A stretch of DNA of 63,341 nt, the filler included, from Saprolegnia diclina VS20 (taxonomy: Eukaryota), in assembly GCF_000281045.1 (NCBI RefSeq). It is 7 parts of one record of this genome, joined end to end, with 100 filler letters (N's around TTAATTAATTAA, not from the genome) between each part and the next. Parts side by side here need not be neighbours in the genome. Positions count along the whole stretch, not along the records: positions 1 to 28,596 come from NW_008246091.1; positions 28,697 to 48,708 come from NW_008246091.1; 5 more parts are not named here. One strand, 5' to 3'. Positions within the stretch are counted from its first letter, which is position 1, and the number at the start of each line of letters is the position of its first letter. Both the position numbers and the translations under genes were made by a program. This document shows positions 22,735 to 34,816 of the stretch, piece after piece. Under the pieces are notes generated by a model, which searched no databases, had not been told where the DNA came from, and was given only the letters and a program-made list of their open reading frames with translations.

Positions 22735-23235
22735 CTACAGACTTGTGCTGGTCGCGCGCGCGTACTCGGGCACATGCCGTGCGTGGACGTCGGCCTTGAT
22801 GGCTTGGATGGTCTCGAGGCAGCGGTTGATCTTCTTGAGCATCTCGTAGATGCGCGGGTCGGCGAGCCCGTGCTCGGGGTCGTCGCTGTCATTCTCGTCG
22901 TCGTCGTTGGCGTCGCTGGACGAGGCCATGGACGCCAGCTCGTCGGGTCGCATGCTGATGAGGATCGTGTTGGTCATGCTTTCGCTGGCGTCGGCGCGCC
23001 GCACGATCGGTTGGTCGTCGTCGTCGGGAATGTCGTGAAGCGCACGCTTGGACGACGGCTTCTTTGGGTGCAGAGGCGGCGGCTGGTAGATAGGATCGCG
23101 CGGCTCGTTGGAGGTGAAGAGCCGGCCGATGAGCGAGACACGGCGGCGCTGGACCTCGTGCGACTGCGGCAAGGCGGCCTTGGCGACCGGCGACCGGTTC
23201 AGCGAGAACGGCGAGCTGAAGCGGGCGAGCGACAT
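22735..23235 (-). CDS. Hypothetical protein, 166 aa, acidic/disordered with C-terminal helix
   Basis: ATG-initiated, GC3-biased ORF; no recognised domain. Confidence 0.6.
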   Translation of the reverse strand: MSLARFSSPFSLNRSPVAKAALPQSHEVQRRRVSLIGRLFTSNEPRDPIYQPPPLHPKKPSSKRALHDIPDDDDQPIVRRADASESMTNTILISMRPDELASMASSSDANDDDENDSDDPEHGLADPRIYEMLKKINRCLETIQAIKADVHARHVPEYARATSTSL

Positions 23236-24155
23236 GCAATCGCGGAATGGAGCGGCGCCAGAGAGCCGTCGCCGCCGCTGGCATTACGAAGGCGATCGAG
23301 TCGGAGCCCAGCTGGTGCCATGTCACCACTTGGCCACCACTGGATTTCCCACCTTTTTCACGTGTAAAACGATACGCACCCTCCCACATTGCCACACGAT
23401 GGCTGACTTTGCTTGGGTCGTACAGTGCAGCCGCGGTGGGCTGCCTCGGGGCAAACACTGCGCCGATGGCGGGTGCGACTCCGTCCATTCCAGCCATTTT
23501 GCACGCAACAAAAGACACAGGTCGCTGCGCATGCCCATGCACAGTGAACATCATGCGGATCACAGGCACAAGGCGTGTAGAGGACAGTAGTACCTATTGC
23601 AGCGTCGTTTCGACGAGCAAGACGCTTGGACTCGACCTTTCACTCGTCCAACGCAGCAGTAATTCAGTGCATACCGCCGGATGGGATGCATGAAAGCGGT
23701 CGTGGGACGCGTCCGTTATAAAACACACATAAAACACACGTTTTTCACGCGCGACCATGGTGCCGCAGAAAAAGAACGGGGACATGCGAGGGGACTTGCT
23801 GCTGGGCGCCGGACGTTTGACGATAACGATCACCGCAGAGTCCGCTAGGCATGAGGAGACTAGGATAACGTTATCATTATACCCGAGCCGATGTGACCTC
23901 TGCGCTCTAAGTAGCGTAGCATCTCTTATCGGCGCCCATGACCAACCTGCACTTGGAGCTCTGGTCCAAGAGAACAGTATAGGAAATCTCAGTTTGAATA
24001 TGGGATTACTGCAGGTTGCTTATCAAGTGTCCGAAGAGGATCGCGCGCTTGGCGTGATGACGATAAGAGTCGTTGGGGCATGCGTTCTTTGAGCTAGCTT
24101 GCGTCGGTGTCGGTGGTGGTGTTGCGTGTCGTTGGTCGAATAAGCTGCTGTCTTT

Positions 24156-24437
24156 TCAGCGCCATTGGCAGACGGTGACGTACTGAGCGACCGCCATGAG
24201 CGTCATCGGCTGGAGGCGCTCGAGGTCGAGTTCGACTTCCTCGGAGCTGCAGTTGGCAACGTGCGACGGTTCGTACTGTGCGACGAGGGCCAGAAGACCT
24301 TCGAGCGCATCGCTCGAGAGCATCGTGATCTGGCTCACGAGACCGGCGAGGGCATCGCGCGTCGGGCTGCGCATTGTCGAGCGAAACGTTGGCATTGAGG
24401 TTGAGGTTGAGGTTGAGGTTGAGGTGCACGCAAGCAT
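24156..24437 (-). CDS. Small ET (NET/BET extra-terminal) domain protein
   Basis: LAGLVSQITMLSSDALEGLLALVAQYEPS...SEEVELDLERLQPMTLMAVAQYV fits the ET fold pattern (three helices plus E-I/V-E-L-D-L loop). Start uncertain (24437 or 24395). Confidence 0.7.
   Translation of the reverse strand: MLACTSTSTSTSTSMPTFRSTMRSPTRDALAGLVSQITMLSSDALEGLLALVAQYEPSHVANCSSEEVELDLERLQPMTLMAVAQYVTVCQWR
24396..24425. repeat. (TGAGGT)n hexamer microsatellite
   Basis: About five units, encoding (TS)n in the ET ORF. Confidence 0.8.
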
Positions 24438-25424
24438 CTTTATGAGGTTGTGCACGTGGAGGCAAAAGGAAATCTGAATGTGCAATCTCAATTTCAACGT
24501 TCGCCAAAAATCACCCAGCGGCATCGAATGATGGTCGATCTGATGCGTGAGTGATGGTTGCTGACCTGTGTAAGCGTGTTGAAATGAAAACCTGACCTGG
24601 ATGAACGTTCGCGCACGCCGCCTTGAGCCACGAATCACGAGCGACGACGCGACGAGTGTTGGCGCTTGCAAGTTGTTGTGGGTTGTGACGACGCGTGGGT
24701 CGTCGACCGAGACTGTCTTTGCACGTGTGATACCCAAAGTTTCAAAACGACAATTCTGGTCTAGGAATTGGTCAATGCCTTGCATCTGGTCGACACTTCT
24801 AGTCGTCAGCGCAATGTGCGAGCTAGATAAGCTGCGTGTCCAACTCGAGTGCTGAAAAAGGCAGACGAAGGGAGCGTTCTGTGCCCGGTGAGTGCTCGTG
24901 CTCGTAGATGACTGCACTTCGAAATGCCACACGATGTAGCAATGTATGGAGAGCTCTGGAGGACACACCTCTTGCGTTTCAAGACGGAGCGGTCAACGTC
25001 ATTGGGTCAACATCGCTCCATTTTCTGCAGCGTAGTGTTGTGCGTGTGGCACAACGCGTATGTAGTAAGGTAACTTTGATGTCGGTACCCGGTACCTCGA
25101 GACGTCGCTTCGAACCTGCACGATCGCGCCGACTTGGGCCCAAACCACGCGCCAGACACGACTGGGATGGCCGTAATACAAGCTACGAGGTTCGACTTGA
25201 CAAATCTGTAGAACTGGTGGATTCGATCGAGCTCTTGTAGACTATGGCATCCAGCCACGACCCATAAACAACGACCTGAGCCGTCCCGATGTCGAATCTA
25301 GCCCTATCGCCGTTGCTATCTTCTTGCTTGTCGGCTACTTTCGTTCCGTAAATGTCTAATGCACCAAAATAGATTCACCACAGGAGTTTCGATCGCCTTG
25401 CTACAGTTCAGTTGGACAACACGC

Positions 25425-28400
25425 ATGCTGGGTCGCTCGCTCGCGGTGGCTCCGTCGGCGCCGTCAGTAGAACACTTGGCGCCGTCGCGGTCGCAGTGGG
25501 CACTGGCTATCGCTGGTGTCGCCTATCTTGTCATCTCGCTCGGCATCGGTCTCTGGTACCTCTCGCTCCTCTCGCCAAGTCTCGCCAATGACCTCTGGTG
25601 GGCTGGCTTTACCCCGACGGGGGGCGAAGCCCTTCTTATCGACCTTGTCAACGCCCAATTGGCGCTTGTGGCAGCGTCCACCGTAAACATTTACGCGGCG
25701 GATGCGACGATGCAAAAACTCTACAACATGTCGACAGCTGGCACAAGCGTGTCGCCCACGTACGCTCGCCGTGCCATCTTGGGCGAGCTCACGTCCATCG
25801 AGTACGCCGTGCCGCAGCTCCGGACCGTGTCTGGGTCCTGGTCGATGCGCATCAACGTGCAGCACTGCTGGGTCGACTTTAACAAAACGTTCGAGATGGC
25901 CCACACGGACGCCCGCCAGCGCCGCTGCGAACGCTTCTTTGCGACCAACGGGGCCGTGTACATCGAAGCCATTTTGCGCAATGTAATCTGGACCGACTTT
26001 CAGGCGATTTGGGGCGGCGACGACGCCCCGTTCACGGTCGCCATTCAGTTGGCTTTGGAAGAGACTGCGATTGGACAAGCCTTTTTGAACCAAGTGTCGA
26101 CGGCGCGCGCGTCGACGACGATCCAAGACGAGATTCTCTACTGGCAAAACTACAAACTGGATCGGTTTGAGCTGCAGTGGCAGAACCGGTGGCAAGTCGG
26201 TATCACAGAAACCATATTCCTCGAGAATGCGATTGGCATGCGGCAGCTCGTGACGATCAAGAACCTCCCGCGACTCACAGGTCCGTGGACGTCCCTTCGG
26301 CTCTTTTGGATTCCACTCAACGACCTCTGGAACCTCCACGACATGAACCGCAGTTTGGTGCGCGGGTCGTCGCGGGATTTCCGAGCAAATCTCTCAACGG
26401 CGCTGCCTGCTATGGACCTCGAAGTGTTCATCGGAGAGACCTCGGTCTCGGGTCAATTCTTCAACCAAGCCGCGCTCTTCCGGACCACGGTCGGTCCGTT
26501 CGAGAGCATCGACCTTGTCTACAAGTCTCTACCTCAAACAAGTGTCCAAGCCTTCGTGGCGCTGCGCCAACGTCTCGTCGCCGCTCCTGGCGGACACGAC
26601 CTCTTGACCGCGCTGCCGAGAATCGCAGTAGAGTTGACGCCTCTCGGATGGCGGTCGTTTGGCTATTACGGCGGCGACCCAGCCTGCACGGCGCTACCGC
26701 GGACGACCTATGTGCAGCAGTCGTTCGACTTCTTCTACGATTGTTCCAAGCCCAAGCCACTTATGCTTGTGGTTGACCCGCTGCTGCTCGTGCTTGCTCG
26801 CGTCGCTACTGCGAGCCAGCCCATCCAAGACATTTGCGCCGTGGCCTCCCCAGCGGCAGCTTGTATTGCTGCCACCACAGCTACGGACCAGCTCTTGGAG
26901 TCTTTTGCGCTGGACTGGAATACCTCGGTCGCAAATGAGATTGGGCTAAACATTGGCTTGATGCAGTACGCTACTGCAGCCAATGGCTCGTGGGTCGTCC
27001 TCAAACAACCTCTGCTTGAGCCCTCGTTTGCGTTCTTTGGCTACGTCTTTCTCTTTGATTGGGTCCTCGGCAACCGCGAAGTCGTGTCGTTTCAAGGAGA
27101 CAATGGCAATCTCACCTTGATCTCAAATGCCTATAGTCCACAACTCTACACAACAGGGACGCAGCCGCTGCAGTCTGCGACCCAGATTCTCTACTACCTT
27201 GTGGTCGCCACCTCGGTGATTCTTGTGGGCGTCGGCGGGATAGCACTGGTGTATGCGGCCAAGACCCGACTGCGGTTCAACGGTTTGAACCTCTTCTTCT
27301 TCAACCGGATCGTGGGGGCTGTCTGGATCGGTCGACCGCTGGCTTTTCTACGAGGCGCGTCGGCCATCTTGCTGCTGAGCTCGGCCAACGCATCGCTTGA
27401 GACATCTTCCTCTGGCGCATCGCGGTTCGTGGCGACGCCTCGGAGCTGGCTCGAAGCCATTGTCGTGACCGGTGAGGCCACGTGGCTCACGTACGTCGCC
27501 AATGATGTCTTGGTGCTCGTCACGCAGGACCAGACGCAGTTGTACAGCTCGATGGCGAGTCTGCTTGTGTGGTTGATCCTCCTCGTCTTGGACGTGGCAA
27601 GTCCAATTGCGATCTCTGGGGACCTGCAACGGCACTGCAGCGGCGTTCAGCTGGACTATGGTCTCGCATGCACGAGCGGCGTTGTCTCCACGGGCAGTAG
27701 CACCCGTGTAGCCACGATTCTCCTCGTTCAAGGGAGTGCCATTACCCTCTCATCCATGGTTGGCAGCCTGCGCCGCCGGTCGCGACCCGCCAAGGCCAAG
27801 GTCGCGGAGGCCTCGCTGCTCGTCAACGGCATTGCACAGGCGTTTGCACGAACGGCGCTGGGCACAACAGATACGCAGTACGTCTTGGACCATGTGGCTT
27901 GCGTACTGGCAGGCTTGCTGCCGATCGACTACAAGGGCGTTAGCTACACCTTTGACGTCAAGCTCTGGCTGCTGCTCAAGGACCACCTCTCCACGACGCA
28001 AGCGACCAAGGTCCTTCGACGACCAAAGCTAGTGTACCGCGAGGCGCCGTCTGGACCCTTGTTTGATGCTCCTCACGCCAACGACGTTCAAACTAACCGC
28101 CGACACTCTCAAGCATGGACGTTTTTGTGCAAACTCATGGGGCTTAGCTACGTTGCTTCGTCTATTGTGGGCTCGATCTCGTACCTCACCGTCTCCGAAG
28201 TCAACTTGGCGAATGATGTATATTGGGCCACCTTCAACACCACTGGCGCGCACGCGTTCATCGCCAACTGGCTCAACGAACAACTCGTCATTGGGAATAC
28301 CACCATGATTGACCTCCCCCTCGACCGACCAAGTATCAACGCGATGGCATCGTTTGCGTCATCCACTGCCCTCGTGGCGTCACCCGCCAACTACGGCGCC

Positions 28401-28596
28401 TACCTCCAGCACACGCTACTGAGCTCGATCGAAGCGACGATTGAAGGACTGCGACGCTCGAATGGGTGTGACGCCCCCTGGATCTTTTCGCCGTACTGCT
28501 ATCTCGATATGAAGAAGACGTGGACGATGGCCAACTCGATCAAGCGCCAAGCGAGGTGCGATTTTATGAGGTTGTGCACGTGGAGGCAAAAGGAAA
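25425..28596 (+). CDS. Large internally repeated multi-pass membrane protein (oomycete-type expanded family), 3'-truncated at contig end
   Basis: >1050 open codons with many TM segments. The module SLANDLWWAGF...LTSIEYAV..LR...CWVDF..TFEMAHT..RQRRC recurs as NLANDVYWATF...LSSIEATI..LR...CYLDM..TWTMANS..RQARC. Confidence 0.85.
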
Positions 28597-28696
28597 NNNN
28601 NNNNNNNNNNNNNNNNNNNNNNNNNNNNNNNNNNNNNNNNTTAATTAATTAANNNNNNNNNNNNNNNNNNNNNNNNNNNNNNNNNNNNNNNNNNNN
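28597..28696. other. Assembly linker N44-TTAATTAATTAA-N44
   Basis: Six-frame-stop 12-mer flanked by Ns; artificial. Confidence 0.95.
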
Positions 28697-30070
28697 TCGG
28701 CGCTGCCACCGTCCTCGCTGGACGCGCCACTGGCAGCGACCAAGGCGCTATTGACGCGCCCAGGCCCGTTCGTCCACACGTGGCCGCATCTCGGCTTTGA
28801 TGACCTCCACAGCGACCGCGCGGCGCTTGCTCTCGAGGCGCTGCCGGCTCTAGTCTCTCTTCTGGAGCTAGCGACCGAGCGCACCCATTGGTCAATGTCA
28901 GCGCCCGAAACAATGGTCTTGGCCGACGTTGTCGCGTCGTGGCCGCTCAAGCTGACGTACATCGACACGCGGTGGTCGCTCCCTGCGAACGCACGATATC
29001 CACTTACTCTGGACAGCGACGATGTTTGCAACTTGCTGCGTCGCTGCACGCGCCTCCGGTCCGTCACCTTGTTTGCGACCGAGGAGGTAGCCGCCGTGCT
29101 AGCCGCCATGACAACGCCAGCCCATCGATTGCAAAAGCTGCATCTTGCGTACGAGGGCACGCTGACGCTCGACTGGGCAACGCTGCTGCAGCCATGGCTG
29201 TCGAGTGGCCACGCGCGTCATGTCTCGTTCAACAAAGCCCCAGCAGCCGATATGGCGGGGCTGGCACGCGCACTTGCGACCACGTCGTCGCTCAGAAGCC
29301 TCGCAATCCTCGAAAACGACGCGCTCATCCGCGCCTTCTTGGCGCTACGGATGCCATTGCATCAGCTGACAAAGCTGCATCTCAGTACGCACAGGTCCAA
29401 GCTCCTCCGTCAGTTTCTAAAACTATGTGCTTTGGCCTCGCTCACGTCGTTTGCGCTGGATTGCTATGCCAGCTTTGCCACTGTGACGCTGTTTGTGTCG
29501 CACATGCCGGCACTGCGCCACCTCTCGCTCGGGTTTTGTTTCTTCGGTGCCGACGCGGACGATGCGTCGCGCTGGCCGCACCTTGAAAGCATCGAGTTTT
29601 GCGACGTCGACTTTGGAAGCGGTGCGCGCGACGCTGTGCTGGCCTACCTCGCGCGCGTGCAAGGCCTTCAGAAAATGTCGTTTGATCATTGCTACACTCT
29701 GTGCCGGCCCTTTGTCGGCCTCTCCCGCACACTCGTTCGCTTGATCAACGACGGACTCACGCTCGCCAGCTTCGAGTCAACGGCGCTCGACGACGTGGAT
29801 GCGTCCCACCTTGCACTTGTGCTGCGTCGAAGTCGGAATCTGTTGCCCTTCACGCTCAACGTCATGGGCGATGATTTTACCATGGTCGGGATCCGCACGC
29901 TGCTACTCGCCCTCGCGACGTGCGCGTCTGTCTGCATCAAGATCGACATTTCCCCTTATTGCTTTGAAGAAGAAATCGAAGCCTTCTTGGCCGCCCATGG
30001 CATGTCGTCCGTCTTGGAGAACGCGTCCTCCTATGCGCTCTATAGTCCATCGAGGGTTTTAGAAGCATAA
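28697..30070 (+). CDS. IVQCL/LRR-like family protein (5' truncated by gap)
   Basis: ALPPSSLDAPLAATKALLTRPGPFVHTWPHL...LLRRCTRLRS...WLSSGHARH...ALATTSSL...WPHLESI...LYSP. Confidence 0.85.
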   Translation, partial: SALPPSSLDAPLAATKALLTRPGPFVHTWPHLGFDDLHSDRAALALEALPALVSLLELATERTHWSMSAPETMVLADVVASWPLKLTYIDTRWSLPANARYPLTLDSDDVCNLLRRCTRLRSVTLFATEEVAAVLAAMTTPAHRLQKLHLAYEGTLTLDWATLLQPWLSSGHARHVSFNKAPAADMAGLARALATTSSLRSLAILENDALIRAFLALRMPLHQLTKLHLSTHRSKLLRQFLKLCALASLTSFALDCYASFATVTLFVSHMPALRHLSLGFCFFGADADDASRWPHLESIEFCDVDFGSGARDAVLAYLARVQGLQKMSFDHCYTLCRPFVGLSRTLVRLINDGLTLASFESTALDDVDASHLALVLRRSRNLLPFTLNVMGDDFTMVGIRTLLLALATCASVCIKIDISPYCFEEEIEAFLAAHGMSSVLENASSYALYSPSRVLEA

Positions 30071-30567
30071 TTGCGCTGCACACGATTTGCTTCATTTGGA
30101 ATAAGATCTCGGTGGTGCAAAGTGGGGTATAGCGTGAAAAAGCGTGTTTCTGACCTTCGTGGCTACTTTGACTTTGCTTGTGAAGTATATCTTCGATGTT
30201 GAAATACATGTCCTTAGATCGACTCGCTCACAACCACGTTGTCGCTTCGGAGCCTTAGTCTGCGCAATTGCAACGTGGAAGCAAATCCCGTGTTTGGACT
30301 ATACAGTTGTAATGTTGGAAACAAACATTGGTGCTCAGAAATGGACGACATGTGGTATGGCTGCTCTGGCAGCCCAACCCGAAACGTCACACACTCAGCC
30401 CATGATTGCACCACATGGCTCTTGTGCCGGCTTCTGCGTGCACCCAAAGAGGAGCCCGCAGACGATGGTGGCCCGTCCAACAGCGCACACCAGATGTTAC
30501 GAGATACCGGTAGCAAATCTTGCCCATGTTTGATTGGTCGACATTCTTCAATTGTCCGAGACTTTGG

Positions 30568-32037
30568 ATGGCTGGCGCTGTGCTCGATCGCCCATGCGCC
30601 CTCATCTTGATTGTCCAGTGCTTGCAGTCGGCGCCCAATGTCATGGCGTTTCTGAAGGCGCTACCACTGGCCAAGCTGGACGCATCGTTGGCGGCGCTCC
30701 TGCAGCTGCTGACGCGACCGGGTCCGTTGGCGTACACGTGGCCTACGCTCCGACTAGACGACATCGACTGCGACGACGACAGCACGGTTGCACTCTATCA
30801 TGCGGCGCTCCCAGCTCTCGTGTCCATTTGCGCCAAGGAGTTCAAGCTGGTTGAGCGCTTTATGCGACCTCGAGGCGACGCCATCACGCCCGCGCAAGGC
30901 TTTCTCGACTTTGCCTCGCAGTGGCCGCTCAAGATGACCCATGTGGACGGTAGGTGGGTGGAAGAAGTCGGCAGTGCAGCCTTTTGCAGCGAGCTTAGTC
31001 GCTGCACGCGCCTTCGGTCGATCGAACTGAGCGCGAATGCGGCGGCCCCCGCTATTCTCGCCGCCATCACGACGTCCGCCCATTGCGTGCATACGCTCGA
31101 CATTGCCAGATCCTCTGGCGCTCCTGCGATGAACTGGGCCTCGCTGCTGCAGCCCTGGCTGTCGAGTGGCCACGCTAAACACGTGTCATTCAACAAGGTT
31201 CCGACCACCGACTGCAACGGGCTTGCGCACGCACTGGCAACCACCGAGTCGCTTCGAGGTCTCCATATTGTCGCTAACGACGATATACTCTGCGACCTTG
31301 TTGAGTGGAAGCTGCCTCTGCACCGCGTTACGGAGCTGACGCTGGCGACCGCCAACACCAAGGCCATGCGTCAGCTCATGCAGCTCGTGGACGTTACCAA
31401 GCTCACGTCCCTCGCACTGCATTGCCAGTATGAGATCTCGGATGTCCTCGGCCTCATACCACGCATGACGAGCCTGCGTCATCTCTCACTCCAGTGGGTT
31501 CACTTTGGGGATACTGACACGTCGCAGTGGCCGGACCTGGAGAGCGTCTACTTCGGCTGCGTCAAGTTTACTCCCTCGGCATTCGATGGGGTGCTCGTTT
31601 ACCTAAACAACGTGTCGGGCCTCAAGCAGATAACGCTGCACTGCTGTAGCACGGTCGGCGCTTCCTTCGCTGCTCTGAGTCGCACGCTCGGCCGCTTGAT
31701 CAACCGTGGGCTCACGATGGCACGGTTGACGGATCTTTGTCTCGACGGCTACGACGCCGCGCTCCTCGCGTTTGCCTTGCGCCAGCGGCGCTCTGCGTCG
31801 CCCCTCAAGCTGGACTTGTGCTCCAATGACTTTGGTATCGACGGTGTTCGTGTGCTCCTGGAAGCCCTTGCGGGCTGTACTCATGTCGGCGTCCAGATCG
31901 AGCCCACCGAAGATGAGGTGATGACGACAAACCTAGACGAGATCCAACGCTTTGTGGAGGCCCACCGTATGACAAGTGGCCCAAACGACACAGAAGGGTC
32001 CGTGATCTACAGCCCCACAACGACCATGTCTACCTAA
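30568..32037 (+). CDS. IVQCL/LRR-like family protein, 489 aa
   Basis: MAGAVLDRPCALILIVQCLQS...AFLKALP...WPTL followed by LxxLxL repeats. Inr-like CATTCTTCAATT at 30542. Confidence 0.88.
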   Translation: MAGAVLDRPCALILIVQCLQSAPNVMAFLKALPLAKLDASLAALLQLLTRPGPLAYTWPTLRLDDIDCDDDSTVALYHAALPALVSICAKEFKLVERFMRPRGDAITPAQGFLDFASQWPLKMTHVDGRWVEEVGSAAFCSELSRCTRLRSIELSANAAAPAILAAITTSAHCVHTLDIARSSGAPAMNWASLLQPWLSSGHAKHVSFNKVPTTDCNGLAHALATTESLRGLHIVANDDILCDLVEWKLPLHRVTELTLATANTKAMRQLMQLVDVTKLTSLALHCQYEISDVLGLIPRMTSLRHLSLQWVHFGDTDTSQWPDLESVYFGCVKFTPSAFDGVLVYLNNVSGLKQITLHCCSTVGASFAALSRTLGRLINRGLTMARLTDLCLDGYDAALLAFALRQRRSASPLKLDLCSNDFGIDGVRVLLEALAGCTHVGVQIEPTEDEVMTTNLDEIQRFVEAHRMTSGPNDTEGSVIYSPTTTMST

Positions 32038-32150
32038 TACTCCGTGAAATGTGTGTTCTTTTCATTGACAGTCACATGAACGCAAAGGATGAAAGTTCGG
32101 AGCGCTCGCTAGAGCGGGCCAAGCAAACAAAATATTGACATACTAACAGT

Positions 32151-32420
32151 AAAGCCTGTGTCGTGCGTCAACGGCGCTCTGCGTTGCCACTGAGACTGGA
32201 CCTTGGCTTCAACGACGTTCCCGCTCTTGGTATTCGCGCGTAGAAGCCCAAGCGATGTGTACCAATGTGAGCGTCCAGATCGAGCCCACCATACCTCAGG
32301 TGGGCCGTGTATTCCACAACAGAGTTCAGCGCTTTGTGGAGGTTCATCGTGCGTCGCGTGGTCCAAACGACCCAGAGATCGCTGGGGTCCGTAGCCGCTC
32401 ACTACTATTAGTATGGGCGC
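32151..32420 (+). pseudogene. Decayed duplicate of the 3' end of the preceding LRR-like gene
   Basis: gcgtcaacggcgctctgcgttgccactgagactggac...gtccagatcgagcccacc...gctttgtggagg aligns by eye to 31780-32010 with indels. Confidence 0.65.
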
Positions 32421-32445
32421 CTCAACGATCTTGACGTAACGTTGA

Positions 32446-32548
32446 CATTGGTCAAAATGGCTCGATATATATAGCCAATGGGTTGTCCAGAAAATACGAA
32501 TGAATCCCCTGGGATGCTAATACACCACGTAAGCGTTCCTTTCAGGAT
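32446..32548 (+). repeat. Dispersed repeat B, copy 1 (copy 2 at ~49238-49348)
   Basis: Shared blocks cattgg.caaaatg, atagccaatgggttg, aatcccctgggatgct, tacaccacgtaa.cgttcct. Confidence 0.8.
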
Positions 32549-33023
32549 ACACTCGAATGATATCCTAGCGTCTACCTGTTTGCTGCAACTGCTCTGATTA
32601 ACGCTCCTAGGCCCCTAGTTCTTGGTAGGGTGAGGGCTCGTACGTAACCCTAATCCTCGTGCGACCTGGTCCTCGACAAGGACGAAACAAGCATCGAGGA
32701 CTCGTCGATGCTGGTTTAAAGGAAGTCAAGGACGTAACAATACGAGCTCAGTGTGGAGTAGAAGATACATGTATGGTGTCCTTCTCCAGCATCCCACAAT
32801 AGTCGGCTGTGATGGAGCATGCGAGCTTGCACTCGCCTTTCTAGCCACCAGGCAACCGGCATACCAACAATGACTTCAAAATTACTCGAGCAACCTGTAC
32901 CCAAAGGACTACTTACCCAAGGGATGTATATCCTTGGTCTTCTTGTACGTCAGTTGTGACGACGCGTGGCACGTCACCACGGTCGAGCAACGTCGAAAAA
33001 AAAAGTTACGAGTTCATTTCATT

Positions 33024-34446
33024 TTATGACGTGATCTGTGTCGGGCTACAGAGCATGTAGGGCTCGGCGTCCAAGCTGCCCGTCATGCCATGGGCCTCCA
33101 GGAAATCGTCAATGTCATCGTCGAAGGCCCGGAGCACGTTGCTCGGTCCGATCTTGAGGCTCACGTACGAGCAGGTCGCGAGCGCTTACAGCAGCGTATA
33201 GATCCCGTGGAAGGTAAAGCAGTTGTCTTCGACGTTCCAGACTAGTGGCGACGCATTGCGGCTCTGGTAGAGCACATCCGCGATGCAAGCAGCGCTCGCG
33301 TCGCCGAGGGCCGTGTTGTAAAAGCTCACTTGAGTCAGTCCATTCGCAATTAGTCGCTCGAGGCAGCGACTAATGGCAGCAAACCGGCCGCCCTGCAGTT
33401 CAATGCAGCTCAGTGTGAGCTGCTGGAGACCGTTGACGCGGCCGAGATACGACAGCACGGCATCGAACGCTCTTGGTGTCAAGACGCAGACGTGCAAGCC
33501 AAACGTCTCGAGGTGCGGCCACTGCGACGTGTCAGTTAGCGTATCCCCGAGGTCCCCCGCCGTAGACGAGAGATGACGCAGGGCTGGCATGCATTTCAAA
33601 AGGCCAAAGAGATGCGAGACGTCCGCGTCGCAGCAGAGCTTCAGAGACACGAGCTTCGTCAGGTCTAAGAGCACCAGGAGGGACGAATGGTCTCTGGCAC
33701 CGAGCAGTGCAGATGGATCTCTGTCAGCTGATGCAGTGGCAGCTGAAGAGCGACAAAGGTGTCGAGGAGAGCGTTGTCAATCCACAGGCCTTGCAGCGAT
33801 GCCGTGGTCGCGAGCAGCCGCGCGAGGCCACGCACGTCCGTGGTGGGGACGCCTAGGAACTCGATGCGTCGGGCATACCCGCTGCAGAGCCATGGTCGCA
33901 AGAGCGTCATCTAGTTCATCACTGTCGAGGTGCCGGGAACGATCCCGAGTTGGTGCACGCGGTGGGCCGGCGTCGTGATGGCGGCGAGAACGTCTGCCGC
34001 GTACGCACGCGTCAAACTCGACGTTCTGGAGGCGCGTGCAGCGACGCAGGAAATCGCAAAAGGTCCCGCGGCCAATGACATGCTGCCACTCGGTGTCGAT
34101 GTATCGCATCTTGAGCGGCCATTGCCCCAGAAAGCTTGCCCTGCCTCGCGCCCCGAGGCGCGAGGTGCCGGAAGAGCGCAGGTTCGAATGCGTGCACCGA
34201 GACGAGCACTGGGAGTGCAGCGCGAGCCAACGCTGCGTCGCGCCAGTCAAAGTCGTCGAGGTTGAGCGTAGGCCACATGTGGGCGAACGGCCCGGGTTGC
34301 GTCAGCAGCACCAGCACCGCCGCCAGTGGCGTGTCCAGCGAGGTACGTGGCAGCGCCATGAGGAAGGCGAGAGCGTCACGAGGCAGCTGCAAGCACTGGA
34401 CGATCGAGGTAAGAATGCATGGGAGGCCGAGCGCGGCTGTTGCCAT
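33024..34446 (-). pseudogene. Full-length IVQCL/LRR-like pseudogene
   Basis: Starts MATAALGLPCILTSIVQCL. Homology continues through several frames (ORFs 34012, 33777, 33665, 33186) and there is an in-frame stop YTLL*ALATCS at 33186-33188. Confidence 0.85.
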
Positions 34447-34816
34447 CCCACTTTGGCGATAACCAAATAGAAATGACAATTCCGACCAATCATTCTGGAG
34501 CTCGATGATGTGCTTTTGTCCAATCCCACGGTCCCAACAGATTTTAGCTGTTTTAGCCACACCGCATCACGATACCGGCGACAGCACTACCACTGCAAAG
34601 GGACGCTTTTGCCGGGGTTCGATGGCAGGCCAGCATATATACCACTGCACCCTACCCACCTCTGGCCCATCATGGCGATTGCATCGAGAGCACCACCCGT
34701 TGCCACGTCATGGCGGTTGCGTGCGACTAGCCTCACTCGAAATAGCATACTATTTCTTTGCTGAAACCGATCCGCGCCAGAGAAACCCCACATCACAGCA
34801 TTCGACTCGAGCAGGC

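Noticed and set aside
28641..28652. Recurring TTAATTAATTAA palindrome (six copies)
   Set aside because: Always centred in 44+44 Ns; an artificial six-frame-stop scaffold linker, not biology.
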